Position numbers and translations under genes: made by a program
The notes under the pieces: generated by a model
What the model was told of the DNA's origin: nothing
The model's database searches: none
What the model saw: the letters and a program-made list of their open reading frames with translations, nothing else
Shown: positions 1-6,728 of the stretch, piece after piece
Position numbering within the stretch: the stretch's first letter is position 1
Layout: every line of letters starts with the position of its first letter
Virus record (IMG/VR): IMGVR_UViG_3300025769_000166
Coordinates: 1-52,673 of that record
Length of the DNA: 52,673 nucleotides
Direction: 5' to 3' (one strand)
Source of the DNA: a virus
Taxonomy: Duplodnaviria > Caudoviricetes

Positions 1-181
1 CGAAGTGGAGGTCGTACATCTGTGCGAGGTACTCTACCTCGTCTTCGTGGATGCGGAACTGCGTGTCATCTACGTCTGTGGAGATGTACACCATATCGTC
101 GTTGATTCCTGCAAGTTCTGCTTGGGTTGAGCCGCAAGCAATTTCGTTGATGTAGGCAACCGCCTTTTCGTACTTGTTCAT
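1..181 (-). CDS. Small acidic hypothetical protein, partial (runs off left edge)
   Basis: Not in ORF track. Manual translation from ATG at 181 (preceded by AC-rich 'acactcacacat'): MNKYEKAVAYINEIACGSTQAELAGINDDMVYISTDVDDTQFRIHEDEVEYLAQMYDLHF..., open to the window edge. Confidence 0.75.
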   Translation of the reverse strand, partial: MNKYEKAVAYINEIACGSTQAELAGINDDMVYISTDVDDTQFRIHEDEVEYLAQMYDLHF

Positions 182-204
182 ATGTGTGAGTGTTTGAGTG
201 TGAG

Positions 205-248
205 AGACACAGAGGGGAGTCGAACCCCTCCGAGCACCGTGTGTGTCT
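205..248 (-). ncRNA. tRNA-like minihelix (acceptor-like stem plus T-arm, no D or anticodon arm)
   Basis: Minus strand AGACACA-cacggtgctcg-GAGGGG-TTCGACT-CCCCTC-TGTGTCT: 7-bp outer stem stacked on a 6-bp stem with a canonical TTCGA T-loop; intergenic. Confidence 0.55.
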
Positions 249-334
249 GTGTGAGCGTGTCACTTGCGGGTGTCCCATCCCAGCTCTGCGATGATTTGCT
301 CATCGTCAGGCACAGGGACCCACGGGTGTGTTAG

Positions 335-592
335 CTAATCTTGCCCGTCAACCAGCTCCTGAAGTTCAGGGTCCAGCAGGTCCCGTGGGAGCAGGGACGC
401 AAGGGCGTGGACGAGGGCGTCCTGAGCCTCAAACTCGGACATATCGTCCGTGTCTGTGCAGTCGGGCACGAAGCCCTTGGCGATGAGCAGGTCCACCACG
501 GGGATGGCGATGTCTCGAAGGTCGTCTTCGATGATGAGGGGCATTGGTGTGTCCATAGGTGTGTTCATATGTGTGTTCATCTGTGTGTTCAT
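335..592 (-). CDS. Small acidic hypothetical protein (start uncertain: five in-frame ATGs in a tandem repeat)
   Basis: ORF 335..691 frame. Protein-like core MPLIIEDDLRDIAIPVVDLLIAKGFVPDCTD...; upstream part overlaps the neighbouring gene so the start is likely within 544-592. Confidence 0.7.
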   Translation of the reverse strand: MNTQMNTHMNTPMDTPMPLIIEDDLRDIAIPVVDLLIAKGFVPDCTDTDDMSEFEAQDALVHALASLLPRDLLDPELQELVDGQD

Positions 593-600
593 CTGTGTGT
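542..600 (-). repeat. Tandem 12-bp repeats ATG(A/G)ACACACnn
   Basis: Minus strand acacacagATGaacacacagATGaacacacatATGaacacacctATGgacacaccaATG, encoding MNTQMNTHMNTPMDTPM. Confidence 0.85.
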
Positions 601-603
601 GTA

Positions 604-1215
604 TCAGAGGCAATCGTCCAAGGATACCTCGTTCTCGAAGCAACCGTATCCGTCCTGCAGGGTGGCGTAGCGGAAGGCATCCTCCACACACATATCCTCA
701 GGCATATCCACCCAAGCCTTGCGGATGACGTGCGCCTTGGCTGGGTTCTTGGGCTGGACCTCCACCTCCTTGCGGCGGTTGGTAGCCTCGTCCCAGACCA
801 CGTCAACCTTGGGCGCAGTCTTCGCGGCACGCTTCTGTGTGTTGGTGAGCGACTGCTTCTGTGCCTGTGCCTCCAGCTTGCCGTTGGAGTCCTTGGCACC
901 CTTCCGTGCCTTGCGCTTGAGGCGCTGAGCAGTGACCGACTGAGCCTTGGAGTCCAGCGGCTTCGTGGGCAGGAGGGCTTCGCCCCGTGAGTGTGTCTGT
1001 GACACGGAGGCATAGACAGCCTCGATGGACTTGCGCTTCAGCTTGTCAGCCTTCTTGGCAACCTTGGTTGCCGTGCGCTCCTTCTTGTCTGTGTACGCCT
1101 TGAGCTTGGCGCGGTCAGCCTTCTCAGCGGACCAGAGTTGGCGGTTGGCGGACTTCCGTCCTGCGAGGGTGAGGGTCGCCTTCTGTGTGGCGGTGAGGGT
1201 GTATGTCATCTGCAT
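604..1215 (-). CDS. Lys/Ala-rich basic protein, first gene of the leftward (early-type) operon
   Basis: Frame of ORF 604..1554; start re-assigned to ATG 1215 (MQMTYTLTATQKA...), just downstream of a minus-strand promoter. The upstream extension is repeat-rich and not protein-like. Confidence 0.8.
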   Translation of the reverse strand: MQMTYTLTATQKATLTLAGRKSANRQLWSAEKADRAKLKAYTDKKERTATKVAKKADKLKRKSIEAVYASVSQTHSRGEALLPTKPLDSKAQSVTAQRLKRKARKGAKDSNGKLEAQAQKQSLTNTQKRAAKTAPKVDVVWDEATNRRKEVEVQPKNPAKAHVIRKAWVDMPEDMCVEDAFRYATLQDGYGCFENEVSLDDCL

Positions 1216-1257
1216 AACAGCGAGAGTTTGAAGTGCCAGCACCGTTGCTGACGCCGA

Positions 1258-1291
1258 CAAAGTTAAGGAGAAGTTCTCGGACAATCGCAAA
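1258..1291 (-). promoter_or_regulatory. Bacteroidota-type sigma promoter (-33 TTTG / -7 TAACTTTG) for the leftward operon
   Basis: Plus strand CAAAGTTA at 1258-1265 (= TAACTTTG on minus) and CAAA at 1288-1291 (= TTTG), 22 nt apart. Confidence 0.65.
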
Positions 1292-1320
1292 TTTGAGGTC
1301 GACAATCTGGTGCGCGATTT

Positions 1321-1776
1321 CTCCTGCGCATTATGCGTGGGGAAACAGGCGAAGATTCGTATGACACAAGGCGTCAGCCGAGCGCGGCTGATGTGTGTGT
1401 CACGCGACCCCAGTTTTGTGTTAGTATTTCGAGGCCTTTTGTGTTGGTGTTTTGACTGGGTTTTGTGTTGGTATTTGACACCGCTGACCTCGTGTGTGCG
1501 AAGCAGAGCTTCCTGTGCCAAGCTATGTGGTTTCCAGTGCATTATGCCTGCCAAACCGCAGGGCTTCGCGAAGAGCAGTGTGCCATCAGGCTGGAGGTCA
1601 AGAGTGTAGGCTTTAGCCTAGGGGTGTGGTTGTTTGGTCTTGGCGTAGAGCTAAAGCTCTAAAGAAACCTCAAGCTGTGGTTGAACCTGAGCGGTCTAAC
1701 TCGATGAGAACCAGAGAGTTACGCTAGTCGAGCAAAACGCTGAATGTTTGCCGACTCCTGTGCATTATGCGTAGGG
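1321..1776. repeat. Three copies of a palindromic GCAT-T-ATGC box
   Basis: Cores at 1328-1336, 1539-1547 and 1762-1770. Copies 1 and 3 match at 20/22 nt (ctcctgcgcattatgcgtgggg vs ctcctgtgcattatgcgtaggg). Confidence 0.8.
1414..1478. repeat. Three tandem direct repeats, period 23-24 bp
   Basis: ttttgtgttagtatttcga (1414), ttttgtgttggtgttttga (1437), ttttgtgttggtatttga (1461). Confidence 0.8.
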
Positions 1777-1963
1777 TCGGGGTCTGCGGATGCGTTTCGG
1801 GTGCGTGTGTGATGCGGTGTGCGTTGTGGGCCCTCCCCAAGATCTATATTACTCACCCCTTTTTTTAGGTTGCTACTCTGTTCCAAACCAGAAAATTAGC
1901 TTGGATGCGTTAGAATCTACTTCAAGACTTGCATTTGTCAAAAATACTCTGTAACTTCGCCCT

Positions 1964-2049
1964 GCAAGCAGCGGGACAGTGGACGGATGAGTGCTCAAAG
2001 CTTCCCAGAATGTTTTTTGAGTTGGAGAGGGAGTCAGGAAGCTGTTTGC
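1964..2049 (+). ncRNA. Candidate structured small RNA
   Basis: Begins just after a promoter-like TAACTTCG (1952-1959). GCAAGCAGC (1964-72) pairs with GCTGTTTGC (2041-49); inner hairpin GCTCAAAG (1993-2000) / TTTTGAGT (2015-22). Confidence 0.35.
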
Positions 2050-2074
2050 TGTATAGGCGCAAAGACTGTTTCTT

Positions 2075-2083
2075 TATATTTGC
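2075..2083 (+). promoter_or_regulatory. TATATTTGC -7 promoter element
   Basis: Matches Bacteroidota TAnnTTTG; 4 nt between TTTG and ATG 2087. Confidence 0.7.
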
Positions 2084-2086
2084 GTC

Positions 2087-2287
2087 ATGAGAGCCAAAAA
2101 GAAGCCAAGTGTGAAGCAGCTCCTCAAGGAGTTAGAGAGCGGGAAGCACAAAAGCAAGGGGATCGAGCCCCCATACATGGGAGCCATGCGTGCTCTCAAG
2201 GCGGTAGCCAGGAAAAACACTCACAAGGCCTACAAGTATCCTAATATGGTCACACAGAAGGCCAGGAAATACGCAGGAAAATCATGA
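2087..2287 (+). CDS. Small basic protein (MRAKK N-terminus)
   Basis: 66 aa, K-rich; follows the promoter; ATGA overlap with the next gene. Confidence 0.75.
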   Translation: MRAKKKPSVKQLLKELESGKHKSKGIEPPYMGAMRALKAVARKNTHKAYKYPNMVTQKARKYAGKS

Positions 2288-2508
2288 GAGCTAAGAAAAG
2301 AAAAGTAACGAAGGGTACTTACGGCGTCGAGGTTGACGGAAAGGAGTACCAAGTGGAAGGCAAGCGCGTAGAGAAGCGCGGGGGTCGTGTCACGAAGTTC
2401 AAAGCCAAAGGTGAGGGGGACGGCTTCAAGATTAAGATCAATGATAAGCTCAAGAAAACCAAGAGTGGCCTGGTGAAGAAGGATAGGAAACAAAGTAAAT
2501 ATAAGTAA
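2284..2508 (+). CDS. Small basic protein (MRAKK N-terminus)
   Basis: 74 aa, K-rich; first 5 residues identical to the previous gene. Confidence 0.75.
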   Translation: MRAKKRKVTKGTYGVEVDGKEYQVEGKRVEKRGGRVTKFKAKGEGDGFKIKINDKLKKTKSGLVKKDRKQSKYK

Positions 2509-2509
2509 C

Positions 2510-2518
2510 TATATTTGC
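2510..2518 (+). promoter_or_regulatory. TATATTTGC -7 promoter element
   Basis: 4 nt between TTTG and ATG 2522. Confidence 0.7.
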
Positions 2519-2521
2519 ATT

Positions 2522-2791
2522 ATGGACACCACTATTATCGACACCATAGCTGCTTGTTGCGACACAGTAGCCGCCGTAGTAGAAGATCCTGTTATAGTTG
2601 TTGAGGCCGCAGAAGACGCCTCCATGTCTATTCTGGACTTCATCATCGCAAACTGGGGAGAGCTCTTAATCGGACTTCTCGCTTTTGCTAAAATCGTTGT
2701 TAACCTCACCCCTACCACGGCTGACAACGCTGTTTTTGGGTGGCTTGACACGCTCATCAATACCATTATAAACGACAGGCGGAAATCATGA
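2522..2791 (+). CDS. Small membrane protein, possible holin
   Basis: Hydrophobic segment ILDFIIANWGELLIGLLAFAKIVV followed by LTPT..D and a basic C-terminus. Confidence 0.65.
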   Translation: MDTTIIDTIAACCDTVAAVVEDPVIVVEAAEDASMSILDFIIANWGELLIGLLAFAKIVVNLTPTTADNAVFGWLDTLINTIINDRRKS

Positions 2792-3411
2792 AAAAGTATA
2801 ACATAGGCGGTAGCGTAAAGTCCGCTATAAAAAAGAAAGTAAATACAGCTTTAAAGCAGAGGTCTACTGTTCGTGCTGCTGGTGCGAGAGCTAAAGGTGA
2901 CGCCGTTGTGGCTGCTGGAAACAAAGCAGCCAAAGCTGCAGGTGAAGCAGCAGAAAAGAAGGCTAACACAAAAAGGTTCGACAGGGCTAAGACGAGGTAT
3001 CAACGTAGAAAGGCTGGAGCACAAGACGCTATCCAAAAGGGTAATGTAGGCAAGGCTGCTAGGCTTGATAAAAGAGCTGATATTCGTGGCGGTAGAGATG
3101 TTGCTAAAAACGATAAGAGAAAAGCAGCTGCTAAGGCTAAGGCCGTAAAGAGGGTAGCTACTAAGACCAGCAACATGGCTAGTAGGGCTTACGCTCAAGC
3201 AGAGCGCAGAGAGGATCGCGCAAATAAGTACGTCGGTGGCGGTAAGGTCGTTGCCCAGGGTGCTGACAAAAAGGACGTCCGAAGCGAAAAGAAGCAGGAC
3301 AGAGCCAAGGCTAGAGCAACCAGAAAGACCCGAAACAAAAATTACCGACGCCTCAAAAAAGACATTAGGACGGGTAAGCTGAATCCTTATGTTGATAATA
3401 TGAAGGGATGA
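2788..3411 (+). CDS. Highly basic K/R/A-rich protein
   Basis: 207 aa; KKYNIGG at N-terminus and internal KYVGGGKV; ATGA overlaps at both ends. Confidence 0.8.
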   Translation: MKKYNIGGSVKSAIKKKVNTALKQRSTVRAAGARAKGDAVVAAGNKAAKAAGEAAEKKANTKRFDRAKTRYQRRKAGAQDAIQKGNVGKAARLDKRADIRGGRDVAKNDKRKAAAKAKAVKRVATKTSNMASRAYAQAERREDRANKYVGGGKVVAQGADKKDVRSEKKQDRAKARATRKTRNKNYRRLKKDIRTGKLNPYVDNMKG

Positions 3412-3695
3412 AAGCAGTAAAGAATAAAGTCAAAGGCGAGAAGACTAAGACTAGGACGATCGGAAACCGAACCGTAACAAAGCAGAAGAACAAATCTGAG
3501 GACGGAGTTCGTTCTACTCGCAAGACTGTATACGGAGGTAATCAAGCTTCTAGGCTTGTAACCAAAGAGAAGCAGCGCACGAACTTAAAAGGTAAGAAGG
3601 CTGGTATGATGTCCTTTAAAGAAAAGGAAGTAGACCGAAAAGACTTTAGCGTGCGCCGTAAAACCAAAGGAATAACACCAAACGCAGGATCATAA
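3408..3695 (+). CDS. Small basic protein (MKAVK N-terminus)
   Basis: 95 aa, K/R/T-rich; coupled to neighbours. Confidence 0.75.
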   Translation: MKAVKNKVKGEKTKTRTIGNRTVTKQKNKSEDGVRSTRKTVYGGNQASRLVTKEKQRTNLKGKKAGMMSFKEKEVDRKDFSVRRKTKGITPNAGS

Positions 3696-4231
3696 TGATG
3701 CAGGATAGCAGTATGTCTGATATGATCAGGCAAATGATGGAACAAAAAAAGTCTGGAGGAGGTAGCGGCGAAGGTTTCAACATGATGGGGCAGTATACCT
3801 CCACTGTAAAGCAGGAGCAAGCCCCTGACGGAAGCAGCAGGGAGTACGTTCTTTACGACGACGGAAACGGAAACGAAATAAAAGTTTACGGCAACTGGAA
3901 TGAATACGCCCAGGGTCAGGACGAAGAGGGAAATATGTTTCTTCCTGACGAAGACTTTCCCGTAATGAAAAATGAGAACGGAGATTACGTTCTTGACGAA
4001 AGAAGATTTGAGGATACCATGAGCGGCGTCGAAGGCAGACAGAAAGCTAGAGGAATGGCAAGAAACCTCGGCGGACCTGGTGCCTCCCCAATGGAAGATC
4101 TCATGCAAAGGTTGTCTGACGCTCCTGGCCCCAGAAAGTACAGTAGAGGCGGTAAGTTTCCCGATTTGAACAAAGACGGAAAGGTTACGTTTGCAGATAT
4201 TCTCAAGGGTCGAGGCGTAAACCGAAGATAA
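3695..4231 (+). CDS. Hypothetical protein with C-terminal YxxGG and EF-hand-like DLNKDGKVTFAD motif
   Basis: 178 aa; acidic core, tail RKYSRGGKFPDLNKDGKVTFADILKGRGV. Confidence 0.8.
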   Translation: MMQDSSMSDMIRQMMEQKKSGGGSGEGFNMMGQYTSTVKQEQAPDGSSREYVLYDDGNGNEIKVYGNWNEYAQGQDEEGNMFLPDEDFPVMKNENGDYVLDERRFEDTMSGVEGRQKARGMARNLGGPGASPMEDLMQRLSDAPGPRKYSRGGKFPDLNKDGKVTFADILKGRGVNRR

Positions 4232-4232
4232 A

Positions 4233-4469
4233 ATGACAGACGGAGGCAAAGTAAAAGTAGCTACCAAAAAAGACAAGAGGAAGGGAAACACCTCACCTCA
4301 CGGTCTTTATGCTACCCCAAAGTCCGCTAAAGCAAAAAAGCGAAAGCCTAAGCTTGCTGGAGGAAAAGGAAGAAGAGGATCTTTTGGTAAAACCACAGGA
4401 AGAGGAGGAATAAACTACGGTCGAGGAGGAGGAAAGGGAATGAGGACTTCCAAATCCTGCAAGAGTTGA
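4233..4469 (+). CDS. Small basic G/K/R-rich protein
   Basis: 78 aa with RGG-like repeats (GRRGSFGKTTGRGGINYGRGGGKG). Confidence 0.7.
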   Translation: MTDGGKVKVATKKDKRKGNTSPHGLYATPKSAKAKKRKPKLAGGKGRRGSFGKTTGRGGINYGRGGGKGMRTSKSCKS

Positions 4470-4529
4470 TGGGAGCCAAAGGCTACTTCAACCCAAGAAT
4501 GAAAACTAAAGACTTTAATAAAAAGAGGT

Positions 4530-4994
4530 ATGAGACTGTCCAAAAACTTAAGTTTAAAAGAGTGTACAAAAAGTATAACAGCGGCACGACTAGGCATGAA
4601 AAACGAGCCTAACGAAAAAGAGATAGCCAATCTTAGGGAGATTGCGGAGCACATCTTCCAACCAGTACGAGACCACTTTGGAGTTCCTATATACGTCTCG
4701 TCTGGATATAGGTCACCTAAATTAAATAGAGTGATTGGCGGGTCGGTTACCTCTCAGCATGTGCGTGGACAGGCTCTTGATCTGGACGCAGATGTATTCG
4801 GAAAGATATCCAACGCTGATATATTTAAGTATATAAAAGAAAACCTAGATTTTGATCAGTTGATCTGGGAGCAAGGAACTGATCTCTCCCCTGCGTGGGT
4901 TCATGTATCATACGTATCCGAAAGGGAAAACAGGAGAAGGGTGCATAAAGCATCCAGGTCTGAAAAAGGGGAAGTTATCTATTCTATTTGGTAA
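4530..4994 (+). CDS. Peptidase M15A-family endolysin (Zn D-Ala-D-Ala carboxypeptidase-like)
   Basis: SSGYRS...SQHxxGQALD...WVHVS signature of M15A peptidases. Confidence 0.9.
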   Translation: MRLSKNLSLKECTKSITAARLGMKNEPNEKEIANLREIAEHIFQPVRDHFGVPIYVSSGYRSPKLNRVIGGSVTSQHVRGQALDLDADVFGKISNADIFKYIKENLDFDQLIWEQGTDLSPAWVHVSYVSERENRRRVHKASRSEKGEVIYSIW

Positions 4995-5815
4995 TGGAAA
5001 AACGTTCAGTTTGTTTTTTCATGCTGTATCACAAGCGTCCTGAGCTTACTAGGATGTCTATGTGGCATATGGCAAAAGCTATAAAAATATTCAATGAGGC
5101 TGGCCACAAAGCTCAAGGTATAGTTGTGGGCTGCGGAAGCTGCGAACCTAAACAAAGGGAGTATGCTGAAAAGCTTGGACTGGAACATTTAAATAAAAAA
5201 AATGAACCACTAGAATCTAAGTTTTCATTTACGTTCATTAATGCCCTCCTAAAAGAGACGGACTATATATGTTGGATTGGCAGCAATAACATACATTCAG
5301 ACGAGTATTGGGGTAAGTGTATTAAAACACTAGAAGGACCCAGAGAAGTAACTTTTGGGAGCAACAAGTTTTGTGTAATGAATGCCGACCGAGGCGTTGA
5401 GGGTACTTGCGTCTTTCAAACACGAAGTGAAAGACATCTTTGTTCAAGCGGTCAGTTTTACCTGAATTACTCGTTAAGTCAAGCTGTAAACTTTAGGAGT
5501 ATATATCACCCAGGTCAGAAGTTTAACTTCGACGGGAAGATAAACGATGCTTTTGCAAACAAATGGGGTAATTCTGTGATTAAGCTTATAAATTCAGAAC
5601 CTAATGATTGCTTTGATATTAAAGATAGCACTAACATACACTCTTACGAGTCTTACATGAAAAGATCTCCTGCTACGTACCCGAAATATAAAGACAGGTC
5701 TGAATTAGTAGAAGAATATGAAGAGTTTAAGCTTTTAGATCTTGGATACTTCAGTCTAAGGACCGATAAAATCGTTGAACCAGGAGCCGACCTTTCTGAG
5801 TTAGAGCGTATCTAA
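4994..5815 (+). CDS. GT-A fold glycosyltransferase-like protein (acidic motif replaced by GSNN)
   Basis: Start taken at ATG 4994 (TAATG coupling). Aligns by eye with 8801..9505: KRxELTR, NxPxxxK, DYxxxxGS(NN), DIKxxxNIxSY. Confidence 0.6.
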   Translation: MEKRSVCFFMLYHKRPELTRMSMWHMAKAIKIFNEAGHKAQGIVVGCGSCEPKQREYAEKLGLEHLNKKNEPLESKFSFTFINALLKETDYICWIGSNNIHSDEYWGKCIKTLEGPREVTFGSNKFCVMNADRGVEGTCVFQTRSERHLCSSGQFYLNYSLSQAVNFRSIYHPGQKFNFDGKINDAFANKWGNSVIKLINSEPNDCFDIKDSTNIHSYESYMKRSPATYPKYKDRSELVEEYEEFKLLDLGYFSLRTDKIVEPGADLSELERI

Positions 5816-6170
5816 CTCTGTAGTTGTATTTAGTCTCATCCCTGAATAGGTGGTCTTCAAGCTCTGCTGACGGGGTAAGTTTGTCAAAATGCTTGTACAG
5901 ATACCCTTGTTTCATAAGCGGGTATATTACTCTGTTGGCTAAATTGTCATGATTCATACCATACTCCTCTGATGCATATGATATGGTAAAGAACTCCAGG
6001 TCGTATGTCCATAGAAGAAACTCCAAGTGACTAAAGGAAATATCGTTAGACTGACAAAAACTACTTCTGACAGTGTGAAGGTTTTTTAACCCGTTATTTG
6101 ATACATACTTGGGTTTCAGTAAGGAGAAGTCCCTGAACATGCGTTTGCTTGACACTCTAGACTTTGGCAT
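5751..6170 (-). CDS. Winged-helix (MarR-like) DNA-binding protein
   Basis: Lone minus-strand gene in the rightward block; helical core ending ...LMKQGYL...YALTQKGRLLV, a typical wHTH wing. Confidence 0.7.
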   Translation of the reverse strand: MPKSRVSSKRMFRDFSLLKPKYVSNNGLKNLHTVRSSFCQSNDISFSHLEFLLWTYDLEFFTISYASEEYGMNHDNLANRVIYPLMKQGYLYKHFDKLTPSAELEDHLFRDETKYNYRVRYALTQKGRLLVQRFYRSLD

Positions 6171-6177
6171 TAATACT

Positions 6178-6185
6178 TATCTTTG
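6178..6185 (+). promoter_or_regulatory. TATCTTTG -7 promoter element
   Basis: In the 19-bp divergent gap; 4 nt before ATG 6190. Confidence 0.6.
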
Positions 6186-6189
6186 AATT

Positions 6190-6489
6190 ATGAAAAGCGA
6201 CGAAAAAACTTTTATCGCCGAGGTATACTCTCATATCGTCGCAATAGAAGAACTCATCAAAAAATATGAGTTTGAAGATAGGATAATGTCGGTTATGATG
6301 ATCGGTCTTTTGGATTTAGATATGCTTGCCGAAAAAGAAGATGACATGATGCAACTTAAAAGCATATTCAGCTATAATCTTCAGAACAAAGATGAGCTAG
6401 AAGTAATAAAAGAAATAATGTCTTCTCAGTTTGACGAAGAAGACCCGCTAGATAACCTTTTGGGGGATCTAGGAATAAGTTTAAACTAA
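6190..6489 (+). CDS. Acidic hypothetical protein
   Basis: 99 aa ORF, coupled to the next gene (TAATG). Confidence 0.8.
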   Translation: MKSDEKTFIAEVYSHIVAIEELIKKYEFEDRIMSVMMIGLLDLDMLAEKEDDMMQLKSIFSYNLQNKDELEVIKEIMSSQFDEEDPLDNLLGDLGISLN

Positions 6490-6725
6490 TGAATGGACTA
6501 ATTAGAAAGATCGTTATCGGAAAAGACCCGAAGAACGGAATGGCCTACTTCTTAGGAATGAGAGTAGGAGACAGTAAAGTGGCCGCTATCGTACAGGACG
6601 ATTCTTATCTGCACAAGTACAGCAGAGTCCGCTACCTAGTATACACAGGAGATGAAGAGGGCACTGTCCTTTGGAAGGTGATTGATGATATGCCATGTAT
6701 GCTCGAATTTGATCTAGACTTTTAA
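6489..6725 (+). CDS. Small beta-rich hypothetical protein
   Basis: 78 aa, IRKIVIGKDPKNGMAY...WK; resembles a small gene often seen next to GroES-like genes in Bacteroidota phages (recollection, not searched). Confidence 0.8.
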   Translation: MNGLIRKIVIGKDPKNGMAYFLGMRVGDSKVAAIVQDDSYLHKYSRVRYLVYTGDEEGTVLWKVIDDMPCMLEFDLDF

Positions 6726-6728
6726 TAT

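Noticed and set aside
280-312. Hammerhead-like ribozyme (CTGACGATGAG on the minus strand)
   Set aside because: No downstream GAAA core with the required stems; a simple hairpin or coding sequence explains it.
1414-1478. Mini CRISPR array
   Set aside because: Spacers only ~4-6 nt, repeats degenerate, no cas genes.
1216-1554. N-terminal extension of the 316-aa ORF and overlapping plus-strand ORFs (341-1662)
   Set aside because: Extension crosses a promoter and repeat arrays; GC-rich sequence yields spurious ORFs.
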